From Acidimicrobiia bacterium (GTDB taxonomy: Bacteria; Actinomycetota; Acidimicrobiia; IMCC26256; JAENVU01): DNA of 64,000 bases. Under the pieces are notes generated by a model. That model saw only the letters and a list, made by a program, of their open reading frames with translations, searched no databases and was not told the DNA's origin. This document shows, piece by piece, positions 9,387 to 18,754 of the stretch. The position numbers and the translations under genes are program-made. Position 1 is the stretch's first letter. The number at the start of each line of letters is the position of its first letter. The stretch is from assembly GCA_038252255.1 (NCBI GenBank), contig JBBSAM010000022.1, positions 2,062 through 66,061 on the forward strand. Direction: 5' to 3'.

Positions 9387-10229
9387 ATGGATGAGCTGAG
9401 CGGCAAGGTTGCGGTGATCACGGGCGGGGCCAGCGGGATCGGTTTCGGCATGGCCGAAGCGTTCGCTGCCGCAGGCATGAAGATCGTGCTCGCCGACATC
9501 GAGGCGGACGCGCTCGCGGAGGCCGCCGGGAAGCTACGTGCAACCGGCGCCGACGTGCACGACGTCGTGACGGACGTCTCGGTCGAGGATCAGATGATCG
9601 ATCTCGCCACGAGCACGTACACGCATTTCGGCACCGCGCACATCGTGTGCAACAACGCGGGCGTCGGTGGTGGCGCCGGCCTGATGTGGGAGATCCCCCA
9701 GTCGGGGTGGGACTGGGCGTTCCGGGTCAACTTCTGGGGCGTGCTCCACGGCATCCGGGCGTTCGTCCCCCGCCTCGTGGAGCAGCAGGACGGCCACGTC
9801 GTCAACACCGCGTCGATCGCCGGGCTCAAAGCGCTGCCATTCATGAGCCCGTACACGGCGACGAAGCACGCGGTCGTTGGCCTCTCGGAGGCGTTGGCGT
9901 TCGAGCTCGCGATGACCGGCTCTCCGGTGAAGGTCTCGGTGCTCTGTCCCGGCTTCATCCGCACGCGCCTGATGGACTCTCATCGCAACTACCCGACCGA
10001 CCTCGGGGAGGCGCCGAAGGCCGAGGAGTCCCCCGTGGGTGAGATGGTGCGCACGCTCATCGAGGGCGGCAAGGATCCGGCCTACCTCGGGCAACGGGTC
10101 GTCGACGCGGTGCGAGCCGATCGGTTCTTCATCCTGAGCGACGACGAGCACGCCGGCGTCCCTGAGGCGCGCGGGGCCGAAGCGAGAGCCGGTGGCCAGC
10201 CCGGCATGCCGGACGTCGGCGTCCTCTAA
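9387..10229 (+). CDS. SDR family oxidoreductase
   Basis: It has TGGASGIG, NNAG and catalytic S...Y-x3-K (YTATK). ATG 9387 was preferred over ATG 9348, which would overlap the divergent gene's start codon. Confidence 0.8.
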   Translation: MDELSGKVAVITGGASGIGFGMAEAFAAAGMKIVLADIEADALAEAAGKLRATGADVHDVVTDVSVEDQMIDLATSTYTHFGTAHIVCNNAGVGGGAGLMWEIPQSGWDWAFRVNFWGVLHGIRAFVPRLVEQQDGHVVNTASIAGLKALPFMSPYTATKHAVVGLSEALAFELAMTGSPVKVSVLCPGFIRTRLMDSHRNYPTDLGEAPKAEESPVGEMVRTLIEGGKDPAYLGQRVVDAVRADRFFILSDDEHAGVPEARGAEARAGGQPGMPDVGVL

Positions 10230-10241
10230 CCCGCCAGCGCC

Positions 10242-11090
10242 TCAGGGGAGGCCGGCACCGGGGACCGCCACCGGGCAGGTCTCGATCGCGCCCCGCATGT
10301 TGGCGGTCGCGGCCGGGTCGCTCGCGTCGGCGGCGCAGACGAACAACGTGCGCCGGTCGGGTCCGCCGAGCATGCACGCGTACGCGCCCTTGCGACTCAC
10401 GCGCACCTCGTCCGTGACCTCGCCACCCTCGCGGGCGCGCAGCACGCGCCCCGTCAGCGGGCACGCGGACCAGATCGCACCTTCGGCATCGAGACAGATC
10501 CCATCGGGCACTGCCCCCTCGAGCTGCGCCCACAGGCGGCGGTTCGAGAGCGAGCCGTCGATCGCCACGTCGAACGCGGTGAGGCACCCGCCGGCGCTCT
10601 CCCCCACGATCAACGTGCGGCCGTCCGGTGTGATCACGGTGCCGTTCGGAAACCGCAGCCCGTCCGCGACGACGCGCACGGAGCCGTCGGGGTCGACGCG
10701 CACCATCACCGTGCTCACCGGCTCCGCGTGCCCGTCGAGATCGAAGCCGAAGTTCCCGATGTACGCGCGGCCGACCGCGTCCACCACCATGTCGTTGCAG
10801 TGCCAGGTCGCGTGCACTGAGAGGTCGGCCACCTCGGTGAGGCCGCCCGGGTCGAGCCGCAGCAGTCGCCGGTCGTGCATCGAGACGACGAGCAGGCGGC
10901 CGTCGGGAAGCCAGCCGAGGCCGGACGGGCACTGCGGCACCTCGACGATCGTCTCGACGCTCCCGTCCATGCCGATGGCCAGCACCTTGCGATCATGCTG
11001 GTCCGAGCACCACAGCCGGCCCTCGTGCCACCGCGGCCCCTCCGGGAACCGCAACCCCTCGACGAGACGCACCGCCGTCCTCTCCGCCAT
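10242..11090 (-). CDS. SMP-30/gluconolactonase/LRE family protein
   Basis: The translation shows PEGPRWHEGRLWCSD, NDMVVDAVGRAYIG, RFPNGTVITPDGRTL and PDGICLDAEGAIW. These are characteristic six-blade lactonase repeats. Confidence 0.7.
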   Translation of the reverse strand: MAERTAVRLVEGLRFPEGPRWHEGRLWCSDQHDRKVLAIGMDGSVETIVEVPQCPSGLGWLPDGRLLVVSMHDRRLLRLDPGGLTEVADLSVHATWHCNDMVVDAVGRAYIGNFGFDLDGHAEPVSTVMVRVDPDGSVRVVADGLRFPNGTVITPDGRTLIVGESAGGCLTAFDVAIDGSLSNRRLWAQLEGAVPDGICLDAEGAIWSACPLTGRVLRAREGGEVTDEVRVSRKGAYACMLGGPDRRTLFVCAADASDPAATANMRGAIETCPVAVPGAGLP

Positions 11091-11104
11091 GCGGCGGAGG
11101 TTAC

Positions 11105-11956
11105 CTACCGGGCGATGGCGCCGAAACGACCCGCCTGGAAGTCGTCGACGGCCTCGACGAGCTGCGCCTTGGTGGTCATGACGAACGGGCCGTAGCGCGC
11201 GATCGGCTCGCCGAGTGGCTCGCCGGCCAGGAGCAGGAGGTGACGCGCTTCGGTCTCGTCGTCGTTCGTGACGCGAACGACGTCGCCGTCGTGGGCGTAC
11301 ACCACGAGCTCACCCTCACCGGAGCCACTGATCCCGTAGGCCATTGCATTCTGTGACGCGGGCACCGGAGCGTCGAGGTGCGTGCGCGGCGGCAACGTGA
11401 CGTGGAGGTAGGTCACCGGGGTATGGGTCTCGACCGCGCCGCGCACCTTGTCGACCTTGCCGGCGATCACCCGGACCCTGACACCGTCGCCGTGACGCAC
11501 CTCGGGGATCTGGCCGGCCGCGAACTCCTGGTATCGCGGCGCGATCATCTTGTCCTTGGCGGGCAGGTTCACCCATACCTGGAAGCCGTGCACGGTTCCA
11601 CCGTCGCGGCGAATCGTCTCGACCGGCATCTCCGAGTGGATCACTCCGGACCCGGCGGTCATCCACTGCACGTCACCCGGGCCGATCCGGCCGGCATGAC
11701 CGGCGGAGTCCTCGTGCTCCATCGCGCCGTCGAGCATGTACGTCACCGTCTCGAAGCCGCGGTGCGGGTGGTCCGGCGCGCCCTTCGCCTCACCCGGGCC
11801 GAGATCCATCGGACCCATGTGGTCGAGGAGCAGGAACGGGTCCACCTGCGCCAACGTCGCAGTCGGGAACGGCCGCCGCACCTCGAACCCCCCACCCTCG
11901 AGCTGACGGACGGCGGGGACGACCGCCTCCACCGTGCGTTGCCTGGCTGTGCTCAT
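11105..11956 (-). CDS. pirin family protein
   Basis: It has HPHRGFETVTYMLDG and the bicupin layout. ATG 11956 is preceded by GAGGAGGAG. The Arg-rich 68-codon extension in track ORF 11105..12160 was rejected. Confidence 0.8.
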   Translation of the reverse strand: MSTARQRTVEAVVPAVRQLEGGGFEVRRPFPTATLAQVDPFLLLDHMGPMDLGPGEAKGAPDHPHRGFETVTYMLDGAMEHEDSAGHAGRIGPGDVQWMTAGSGVIHSEMPVETIRRDGGTVHGFQVWVNLPAKDKMIAPRYQEFAAGQIPEVRHGDGVRVRVIAGKVDKVRGAVETHTPVTYLHVTLPPRTHLDAPVPASQNAMAYGISGSGEGELVVYAHDGDVVRVTNDDETEARHLLLLAGEPLGEPIARYGPFVMTTKAQLVEAVDDFQAGRFGAIAR

Positions 11957-12024
11957 GGTCACTCCTCCTCGATTCTCTCCCCAACGCACTCCGACCACAC
12001 CCGATTCCCGTAACCTCCGAACCG

Positions 12025-12873
12025 ATGGACGCGCTGGACTTCTACGGGCTGCAACGGACCGAAGATCCCAACTTCTGGCGCCTGCCGGTCGTGCCCACCC
12101 TCTGCTCCGGACTCGGCGCGCTCTTCGGCGGCTGCGGGCTCGGCGCGTGCGTCGAGGCACTCGAGCGGGTCACCGGCCGGCCCCTCGTGTGGGCCACCGG
12201 TCAGTACCTCTCCTACGCCCGGCCACCTTCGGTCATGGACATCCGCATCACCGAAGTCGTGCGCGGCCACCAGATCTCGCAGGCCCGCGCGCTCGCCACG
12301 GTCGACGGGGACGAGATCCTCACCGTGAACGCAGCTCTCGGCGAGCGTGACATCCCGTTCGAGGGCGAGTGGGCGGTCCGTCCGGATGTGCCCCCGCCGG
12401 AGGAGTGCCCGCCGCGCCAGGTGCTCGAACGGCACGAGGGCACGATCATGGATCGGGTCGAGATGCGGATCGCGAGCGCGCGCGGGTTCGACGAGCTCGA
12501 CGGCACGCCCGGCGACGGCCGCAGCGCGCTCTGGGTCCGATTGCCCGGAGTGCTCGAGATGTCCGCGGCATCACTCGCGATCGTGGGCGACTACGTGCCG
12601 TTCGGGATCTCGCAGTCGCTCGGGCAACGGGCCGGCGGCAACAGCCTGGACAACACCTTGCGTGTTGCCGCCCGGGTCCCCACCGACTGGATTCTCGCCG
12701 ACATCCGTGTGCACGCGATCGCCCATGGCTTCGGCCACGGGCTCGTGCACCTCTGGGCCCATGACGGCACCCTCCTCGGCACGGCCAGCCAGTCCACGAT
12801 CGTGCGGGCATGGCGTGACGACCCCGAGCAACCGAGCGAGCCCGCGCCCGACCCTTCCGAGCGCACGCCGTAG
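12025..12873 (+). CDS. TesB-like acyl-CoA thioesterase (double hotdog)
   Basis: A 282-aa protein whose architecture and N-terminal region (FWRLPVVPTLCSGLGALFGGCGLGACVEA) resemble acyl-CoA thioesterase II. The assignment is by eye only. Confidence 0.5.
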   Translation: MDALDFYGLQRTEDPNFWRLPVVPTLCSGLGALFGGCGLGACVEALERVTGRPLVWATGQYLSYARPPSVMDIRITEVVRGHQISQARALATVDGDEILTVNAALGERDIPFEGEWAVRPDVPPPEECPPRQVLERHEGTIMDRVEMRIASARGFDELDGTPGDGRSALWVRLPGVLEMSAASLAIVGDYVPFGISQSLGQRAGGNSLDNTLRVAARVPTDWILADIRVHAIAHGFGHGLVHLWAHDGTLLGTASQSTIVRAWRDDPEQPSEPAPDPSERTP

Positions 12874-12921
12874 CGGGCGCGAAGTGCGGAGACCGAAGCG
12901 ACCCCAGAAGAAAGAGGCGAG

Positions 12922-13878
12922 ATGACACAGCAACGCTGGGGAATCACCGTTCCCTTCGCCGGCGTGCCGCTGAGCGAGCACCGGCCCTGGTTCGAGGAGC
13001 TCGTCGACCTCGGATTCACGGACGTGTGGTCGAGCGAGGCCGGCGCGCACGACGCCTTCACCGTGCTCGCGCTGGCCGCGGCGTGGACGCAGGACCTGCG
13101 ACTCGGTCAGGCGGTCGTCCCCGTCTACACGCGCGGACCGGCACTGCTCGCGCAGACCATCGCGAGCCTCATCGAGGCCGCACCGGGACGCGTCGCCGTC
13201 GGCATCGGCACGTCGTCGAACGTGATCGTGGAGCGGTGGAACGACATCCCGTTCGAGCGGCCCTACCACCACGTACGAGACATGCTGCGCTTCCTTCGCC
13301 TCGCGCTGAAGGGCGACAAGGTGACGGAGACGTACGACACGTTCTCCGTGAACGGGTTCCGTCTCGGTGTGCGCGTCGAGCAACAGCCTCCGCTGCTCGT
13401 CGGCGCACTGCGACCCGGGATGCTCCAGCTTGCCGGGCGCGAGGGCGACGGGGCGATCATCAACTGGCTCTCGGCGGAGGACGTGCGGACGGTCGCACCG
13501 ATCGTCGGCCCGGACAAGGAGATCGTCGCCCGCATCTTCGTGTTGCCGAGCGAGGACATCGATGCCGTCCGCCACCTCGGCCGGCGCATGATCGCGGAGT
13601 ACATGAACGTGCCCGTCTACGCCGCGTTCCACGATTGGATCGGCCGCGGCGACCTCCTCCGTCCGATGTGGGACGCCTGGAAGGCCGGCGACCGGGCCGG
13701 CGCCACCGAGGTGATCCCGGACGAGGTGCTCGACGACCTCATCGTCCACGGCTCACCGGAGCAGTGCGCCGAGCACGTGCAGCGCTACGTGGACGCCGGC
13801 GTGACGACCCCCATGCCGATGATCCTGGCCGCCCCCGATCGCACGAAAGAGGTCCTGAGGGCCCTGAAGCGGGGATAA
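12922..13878 (+). CDS. luciferase-like monooxygenase (LLM) class oxidoreductase, probably F420-dependent
   Basis: The start MTQQRWGITVPF.., ..FTDVWSSEA..DAFT.LA and ..GIGTSS..VVERW are typical of actinobacterial LLM F420-dependent oxidoreductases. F420 biosynthesis genes are present in the window. Confidence 0.65.
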   Translation: MTQQRWGITVPFAGVPLSEHRPWFEELVDLGFTDVWSSEAGAHDAFTVLALAAAWTQDLRLGQAVVPVYTRGPALLAQTIASLIEAAPGRVAVGIGTSSNVIVERWNDIPFERPYHHVRDMLRFLRLALKGDKVTETYDTFSVNGFRLGVRVEQQPPLLVGALRPGMLQLAGREGDGAIINWLSAEDVRTVAPIVGPDKEIVARIFVLPSEDIDAVRHLGRRMIAEYMNVPVYAAFHDWIGRGDLLRPMWDAWKAGDRAGATEVIPDEVLDDLIVHGSPEQCAEHVQRYVDAGVTTPMPMILAAPDRTKEVLRALKRG

Positions 13879-13976
13879 GGACGTCTTCGTCCGAAGATCT
13901 CCCCCAGCCGAGCGGAGCAAGTCGGAATTCTCTCAAGAGGCGGGTCGTTCCCCGGTTTGCACCTACGGTGGGGCCC

Positions 13977-14588
13977 GTGGAGGCCACGACCAGCGGGGTA
14001 GGGACGAAGGAGCTCATCATCGAGGTGGCCCGGCGCCGCTTCGCCGAGCACGGCTTCGCCTCGACCAGCCTCACCGAGATCGCCGACGAGGTCGGGATCC
14101 GGCGGCCGAGCCTGCTCCATCACTTCCCGTCCAAGGAAGCGCTGTACCAGGACGTCCTGCGCTCGGACCTGGCGGACTGGGAGACGCTCGTCAGCGACGC
14201 CGTCGCCGAGCCGACCGAAGGCTGGCCGCAGGTCGAACGGGTCGTGCGCGCCGCGTTCCGCTTCTTCGAGGAGCACCCCGAGTTCGTCCGCCTGATCCGG
14301 CGGGAGGCGCTCGACGGCGGGCCGATGCTCTCCGAGCAGCTCAAGGTCGTCCTGCGCCCGATGTTCGACCGTGGAGTCCTGTTCCTCCAGGTGCAGATGG
14401 ACGCGGGCCAGCTCCGGCGCTACGACGCCCGCCAGCTGCTCCTCACCGGCTACGGCGCCGCCCTCTCCTATCTCTCGGATGCGCCGCTCATCGAGAGCCT
14501 CCTGGACGGCGACCCGCTCTCCCCGGCCTCGCTTCGGGCCCGGCGTGAGCACGTCCTCGACGTCCTCCGCAACGCCCTCGAGCCATAA
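13977..14588 (+). CDS. TetR/AcrR family transcriptional regulator
   Basis: The HTH is RRRFAEHGFASTSLTEIADEVGIRRPSLLHHFPSKEALY. The start is GTG 13977 or GTG 13968. The upstream 300 codons of track ORF 13026..14588 overlap the LLM gene out of frame. Confidence 0.8.
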   Translation: MEATTSGVGTKELIIEVARRRFAEHGFASTSLTEIADEVGIRRPSLLHHFPSKEALYQDVLRSDLADWETLVSDAVAEPTEGWPQVERVVRAAFRFFEEHPEFVRLIRREALDGGPMLSEQLKVVLRPMFDRGVLFLQVQMDAGQLRRYDARQLLLTGYGAALSYLSDAPLIESLLDGDPLSPASLRARREHVLDVLRNALEP

Positions 14589-14629
14589 TCTTCCGAGGGT
14601 CTCCGCCGGCCGAACGCCCGGCCGTCGTT

Positions 14630-15358
14630 CTAGAACCCCAAGAGCGGTTCCCAGAGGCGCAGGGCTGCGGGGTCGCCGAAGACGTCGACCGTCGTCGCGG
14701 GTGCCCGCCCGAGGAGCACCAGGAACAGCTCGGGGGCCGGGCCGCGCAATGCCACATCACCCTTGGCGTGCTCACGGGTCACCTCGAGCCCCGAGGGCGC
14801 GAGCCGCAGCAGCCACTCCCCCTCCCGGTCGGTGCAGTGGAGGTGCAGCGTCTCGCCACCGCGTGGCGTCTGCTCCGGGCCGAGGATGAACGGCAGGTTC
14901 TCGAGGTGCTCGTCGATCCCGTCCGCGGCCAGCGCGGCGTCGAACGGCTCGGGCTCACCGCGCGCGAGCTGACCGTCCCAGCGGTGCACCGCGGTCTCGT
15001 GAGCCATCCGGCGCGACCAGAACCGCACATCACCTGCGGCCGTCCACGTCCAGCACGTCGCTTCGGGATCCGTGGCCGCGAGCGTCTCGACCAATCCGGC
15101 TGCACCCTGCTCGAGCCAGTCGGGGAGTCCACGGGGGTCCGGCGGGATCTCGAGATCGATCGACTTGGGCGACAGGGGTTCACGCGTCCGCACCACCCCT
15201 CTCGACCACCGGTGCGCCGTACCGGTGTGGCGTACGAGCTTTGCCACATCCCAATCCGGGCACGACGGGACGCGCGCGTCGAGATCACCGCGTCGCGCGG
15301 CTTCGGCCAGTGCGCGCGCCTCGTTGGTGATGACGGGAAGGCAGTCGGCGTGCTCCAT
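14630..15358 (-). CDS. mycothiol-dependent maleylpyruvate isomerase family / DinB-like metal-binding protein
   Basis: The N-terminal pattern ..EARALAEAARRGDLDARVPSCPDWDVAKLVRHTG.AHRW resembles TIGR03083-type proteins. ATG 15358 was chosen and the Arg-rich extension rejected. Confidence 0.6.
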   Translation of the reverse strand: MEHADCLPVITNEARALAEAARRGDLDARVPSCPDWDVAKLVRHTGTAHRWSRGVVRTREPLSPKSIDLEIPPDPRGLPDWLEQGAAGLVETLAATDPEATCWTWTAAGDVRFWSRRMAHETAVHRWDGQLARGEPEPFDAALAADGIDEHLENLPFILGPEQTPRGGETLHLHCTDREGEWLLRLAPSGLEVTREHAKGDVALRGPAPELFLVLLGRAPATTVDVFGDPAALRLWEPLLGF

Positions 15359-15369
15359 CGTCCTCAAAC

Positions 15370-16110
15370 CTAGGAGAAGAGCGTCTGCGGGTCTTCGGGC
15401 TCGACGCGCGCCGCGAGCTCCGGGCCGTTGTTGCTCGCGCTGTTGACCTGGGTGCTCACCGGCCAGAGCTCCAGGAGATCGTCCGGCGGGGGCACGAGCA
15501 ACGCGGCGAGTCGCGCACACTCGGCGACGCATGGGTCGAGCCACGTGTCCCACGCAGTCTCGGGCAGCATCACCGGCATCCGGTCGTGGACGGGTGCCAT
15601 CGTCGCGTTGGCGCGCGTCGTCACGATGGCGCACGTGATCAACCACGGAGACTCGGGCTGGTCGCGCCACGCCTCCCACAGGCCGGCGAACGCGATCGGC
15701 TCACCGTCGCGCCGGTGAACAAACATCGGCTGTTTCTGCTTCCGGCCCGCCACGGCCTGCCACTCGTAGAAGCCGTCGGCGGGGAGGAGGCAGCGGCGCT
15801 TGAGGAATGCGGCCTTGAACGCCGGCTTCTCGGCCACGGACTCGGCCCGGGCGTTGATCAGGCGGTCACCGATCTTCGGGTCCTTCGCCCAGGACGGGAC
15901 GAGGCCCCAGCGCATCTGCTCGAGGACCCGCGGTGCCGCGGGCGCGTCCGCCTCCGGCTCGGCGCGCCTGTGCTCCCGGATCGTCAGGACCTCGGCGCGG
16001 GGCGCGACGTTGTAGCTGGGTTCGGGTGCTTCGTCGATCGCGATCTCGTCGACGTCGAACCGCTCGGCGAGCAGCGTCGGGGACGAGACCTGGACGTACC
16101 GCCCGCACAC
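15370..16110 (-). CDS. SOS response-associated peptidase (SRAP / YedK / HMCES family)
   Basis: It has CGRY at the N-terminus, YNVAPR, MRWGLVPSW, INARAES, DGFYEW and the HDRMPV motif. The start was moved to GTG 16110 so that the catalytic Cys is residue 2. Confidence 0.8.
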   Translation of the reverse strand: MCGRYVQVSSPTLLAERFDVDEIAIDEAPEPSYNVAPRAEVLTIREHRRAEPEADAPAAPRVLEQMRWGLVPSWAKDPKIGDRLINARAESVAEKPAFKAAFLKRRCLLPADGFYEWQAVAGRKQKQPMFVHRRDGEPIAFAGLWEAWRDQPESPWLITCAIVTTRANATMAPVHDRMPVMLPETAWDTWLDPCVAECARLAALLVPPPDDLLELWPVSTQVNSASNNGPELAARVEPEDPQTLFS

Positions 16111-16117
16111 GGGCGGT

Positions 16118-16540
16118 TCAGTGCCCGTTCGTCGACGGTCGGTCCGCGACACGACGGACGAACCGCAGTCCCGACCAGACGTCGTCGATCGCGCAGACCT
16201 TGTTGTCGACGAGCCCGTACTCGAGCCCGATCTCCTGCACCGGCTCGAACGTGAGATCCGTCGCGACCCCCGACGCCTTCTTGGGCCAGGCCACCCAGAG
16301 CCCGCCGTTCGCCACCAGGGCGCGCGCCATCACCGGAAAACGACGTTCGAGCTCACGTCGTCGCGTCGCGAAGAACAGGATCACGTCGAGCTTGCCGCGG
16401 GCTTGCGTGCGGATCTCGACCCCGGCCGGCAACGGCGCGAGCGTGCGGGTGAACCCCTTCGGTGGAGCGAGCAACGCGAGCCGAGTCCCGTCTTTGATGC
16501 CGAGCTTCTTCGGCAACGATGTCCCCGAGTACCCCGCCAT
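16118..16540 (-). CDS. DUF3052 domain protein
   Basis: It starts MAGYSGTSLPKKLGIKDG.., which is the characteristic DUF3052 N-terminus as I recall it. ATG is at 16540, and the upstream 127 codons of the track ORF were rejected. Confidence 0.6.
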   Translation of the reverse strand: MAGYSGTSLPKKLGIKDGTRLALLAPPKGFTRTLAPLPAGVEIRTQARGKLDVILFFATRRRELERRFPVMARALVANGGLWVAWPKKASGVATDLTFEPVQEIGLEYGLVDNKVCAIDDVWSGLRFVRRVADRPSTNGH

Positions 16541-16574
16541 GCGGGGCTCATCCGAGCGCATCACGGGCCGCCCG

Positions 16575-17921
16575 TCAACTTGTGGATGGCGAGGGCGCGC
16601 CGCCTCGCTGATAGCGCGTGAGCTCCGGCACGAGAACCGCCAGCAGCCCCACACCGACCACGCACAGCACCCCGCCCGAGACGACGGACACCATCGGGTT
16701 GAAGACCGCGGCCACGAACCCTGCCTCGACGTCGCCGATCCGCGGACCTCCTGCGACAACGGCGATGTTGATACCTGACAGCCGGCCGCGCAGGTCGTCG
16801 GGAACGGTGTCCTGCAGGATCGTCGAGCGGAACACGGCTGACACGACATCAGCCCCGCCTGCAACAGCGAGACACAAAACGGCCACCCCGATGAGATCGC
16901 CGGAGAGACCGAACGCGGCAATCGCGCAACCCCACAGGGCGACCGAGACGATGATGGCGAGACCCTGCCGGCGCACGCGGTGGACCCAGCCGGTCGTCAG
17001 TGCGCCCAGGAGGGCGCCGAACGCCACGGCCGAGAACAACACCCCGACCTCCTCCGCGCCGCCGTGGAACTGCACCACGGCGAGGATCGGGAACAGCGCC
17101 CGGGGCATACCGAAGATCATCGCGATCAGGTCCACGACGAACGTCGATTGGAGCACCCGGCGGCCCCGGAGGAAGCGGAAGCCGTCGGCCAGGCGCTGCC
17201 AGCCACCGAGCTCCGGGGCGTCCGGGTGCTCGTCGCGCAGGGGCGGGTGGGGGCCCATCATCGAGACCGTGGTGATGGTGGCGCCGAAGCTGACGACGTC
17301 GATCGCGTACGCCCACCCGAGGCCGGCCGAGGCAACGATCACCCCGCCGACCGCCGGGCCGACGATGAGCGCCGTCTGGTACATGACCTGGTTGAGCGCG
17401 AGCGCCGACGGGAGGCGGTCCCGGGGCACCAGGCTCGGCGTCATCGCTGCCCGCGTGGCCAGGGCGAAGCCGCTCAGCCCCGCGATGATCGCGGCACCCA
17501 CATAGACGATGGCCACCGGCGTCGGGTCCATGAGGGCCCCGGCCAGCAGCAGCGCCGATCCGGACGCCTGCGCGATCTGGGCGATCCGCAACAGCCGCCG
17601 CCGGTCATGGCGGTCGATGAGGGGACCACCGAACAGCGAGCCGACCATCAGCGGTACCAGCTGCACGAGACCGATCGCACCGACGGCGGCCGCCGAGCCG
17701 GTCAGGCGGTAGACCTGGATGTAGACCGCGACGAGCGTGATGCTGGAACCCGTCTCGGACAGGATCTCGCCGACCCACAACAGCCGGAAGTCGCGATGGC
17801 GCAGCGGCGTGAGGTCGAGCGCCAACGCGCGCAGCTTGCTCAGCACGAGACTCCCGGCGGCCGACCGGTTCGCGCGCCGCCGCTCAACCGCCGGCGCCCG
17901 GATATATTCCGACCATTTCAC
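16575..17921 (-). CDS. MFS transporter
   Basis: A 448-aa protein with about 12 hydrophobic helices. The loop motif GGPLIDRHDRRRLL between TM2 and TM3 is typical of MFS (EntS/MFS_3-like). Confidence 0.75.
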   Translation of the reverse strand: MKWSEYIRAPAVERRRANRSAAGSLVLSKLRALALDLTPLRHRDFRLLWVGEILSETGSSITLVAVYIQVYRLTGSAAAVGAIGLVQLVPLMVGSLFGGPLIDRHDRRRLLRIAQIAQASGSALLLAGALMDPTPVAIVYVGAAIIAGLSGFALATRAAMTPSLVPRDRLPSALALNQVMYQTALIVGPAVGGVIVASAGLGWAYAIDVVSFGATITTVSMMGPHPPLRDEHPDAPELGGWQRLADGFRFLRGRRVLQSTFVVDLIAMIFGMPRALFPILAVVQFHGGAEEVGVLFSAVAFGALLGALTTGWVHRVRRQGLAIIVSVALWGCAIAAFGLSGDLIGVAVLCLAVAGGADVVSAVFRSTILQDTVPDDLRGRLSGINIAVVAGGPRIGDVEAGFVAAVFNPMVSVVSGGVLCVVGVGLLAVLVPELTRYQRGGAPSPSTS

Positions 17922-18037
17922 TCGACTTTTATGTCAGGGCCCGGATAGATTCCGCGCACGCAGCGTATGGGTACCGGACGACCGCGTACCCAACGTTGCC
18001 GAGCCCCCAACCCGACGAGACGACGAGAGAGGTTGCG

Positions 18038-18676
18038 ATGACACTGCGACTTGGCGACGAGGCCCCCAACTTCACGGCCGAGACCACCGAGGGGACGGTC
18101 ACGCTCTACGACTACCTCGGTGACAGCTGGGGCCTGCTGTTCTCCCACCCAGCCGACTTCACCCCCGTCTGCACCACTGAGCTCGGCGAGCTCGCGAAGC
18201 GCAAGGGTGAGTTCGATGCCCGCAACACCAAGCTCATCGGCCTGAGCGTGGACCCGCTCGAGTCCCACAAGAAGTGGGCCCCGGACATCGCGGACGTGAA
18301 GGGCACCCCGCTGAACTACCCGCTCATCGCGGACCCCGAGCGCAAGGTCGCGGAGCTGTACGACATGATCCACCCGGCGATGAACGAGAAGCTCACGGTG
18401 CGCTCCGTCTTCATCATCGGTCCGGACAAGAAGGTGAAGCTCATCATCACCTACCCCGCGACAACCGGTCGCAACGTCGACGAGCTCCTCCGCGTCATCG
18501 ACTCACTCCAGCTCACGTCGCAGCACAGCGTCGCGACCCCGGTCGGCTGGGAGCAGGGCGGCGACGTGATCATCGCCACGTCGGTCACCGACGAGGCGGC
18601 CAAGGAGAAGTTCCCCGAAGGCTGGAAGTCCGAGAAGCCCTACCTGCGCTGGGTGAAGCAACCCGCAAAGAAGTAG
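18038..18676 (+). CDS. 1-Cys peroxiredoxin (Prx6 type)
   Basis: MTLRLGDEAPNF.., the peroxidatic site FSHPADFTPVCTTE, and the C-terminal extension typical of 1-Cys Prx. ATG 18038 is preceded by GAGAGAGG. Confidence 0.85.
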   Translation: MTLRLGDEAPNFTAETTEGTVTLYDYLGDSWGLLFSHPADFTPVCTTELGELAKRKGEFDARNTKLIGLSVDPLESHKKWAPDIADVKGTPLNYPLIADPERKVAELYDMIHPAMNEKLTVRSVFIIGPDKKVKLIITYPATTGRNVDELLRVIDSLQLTSQHSVATPVGWEQGGDVIIATSVTDEAAKEKFPEGWKSEKPYLRWVKQPAKK

Positions 18677-18754
18677 GAGAAGCGGTAGCCGCCGGAGGGC
18701 ACCACTCGGGCACGGGTCCGGGCGGTCGCCCTCCGGAGATCCTCGGAAGACGAG

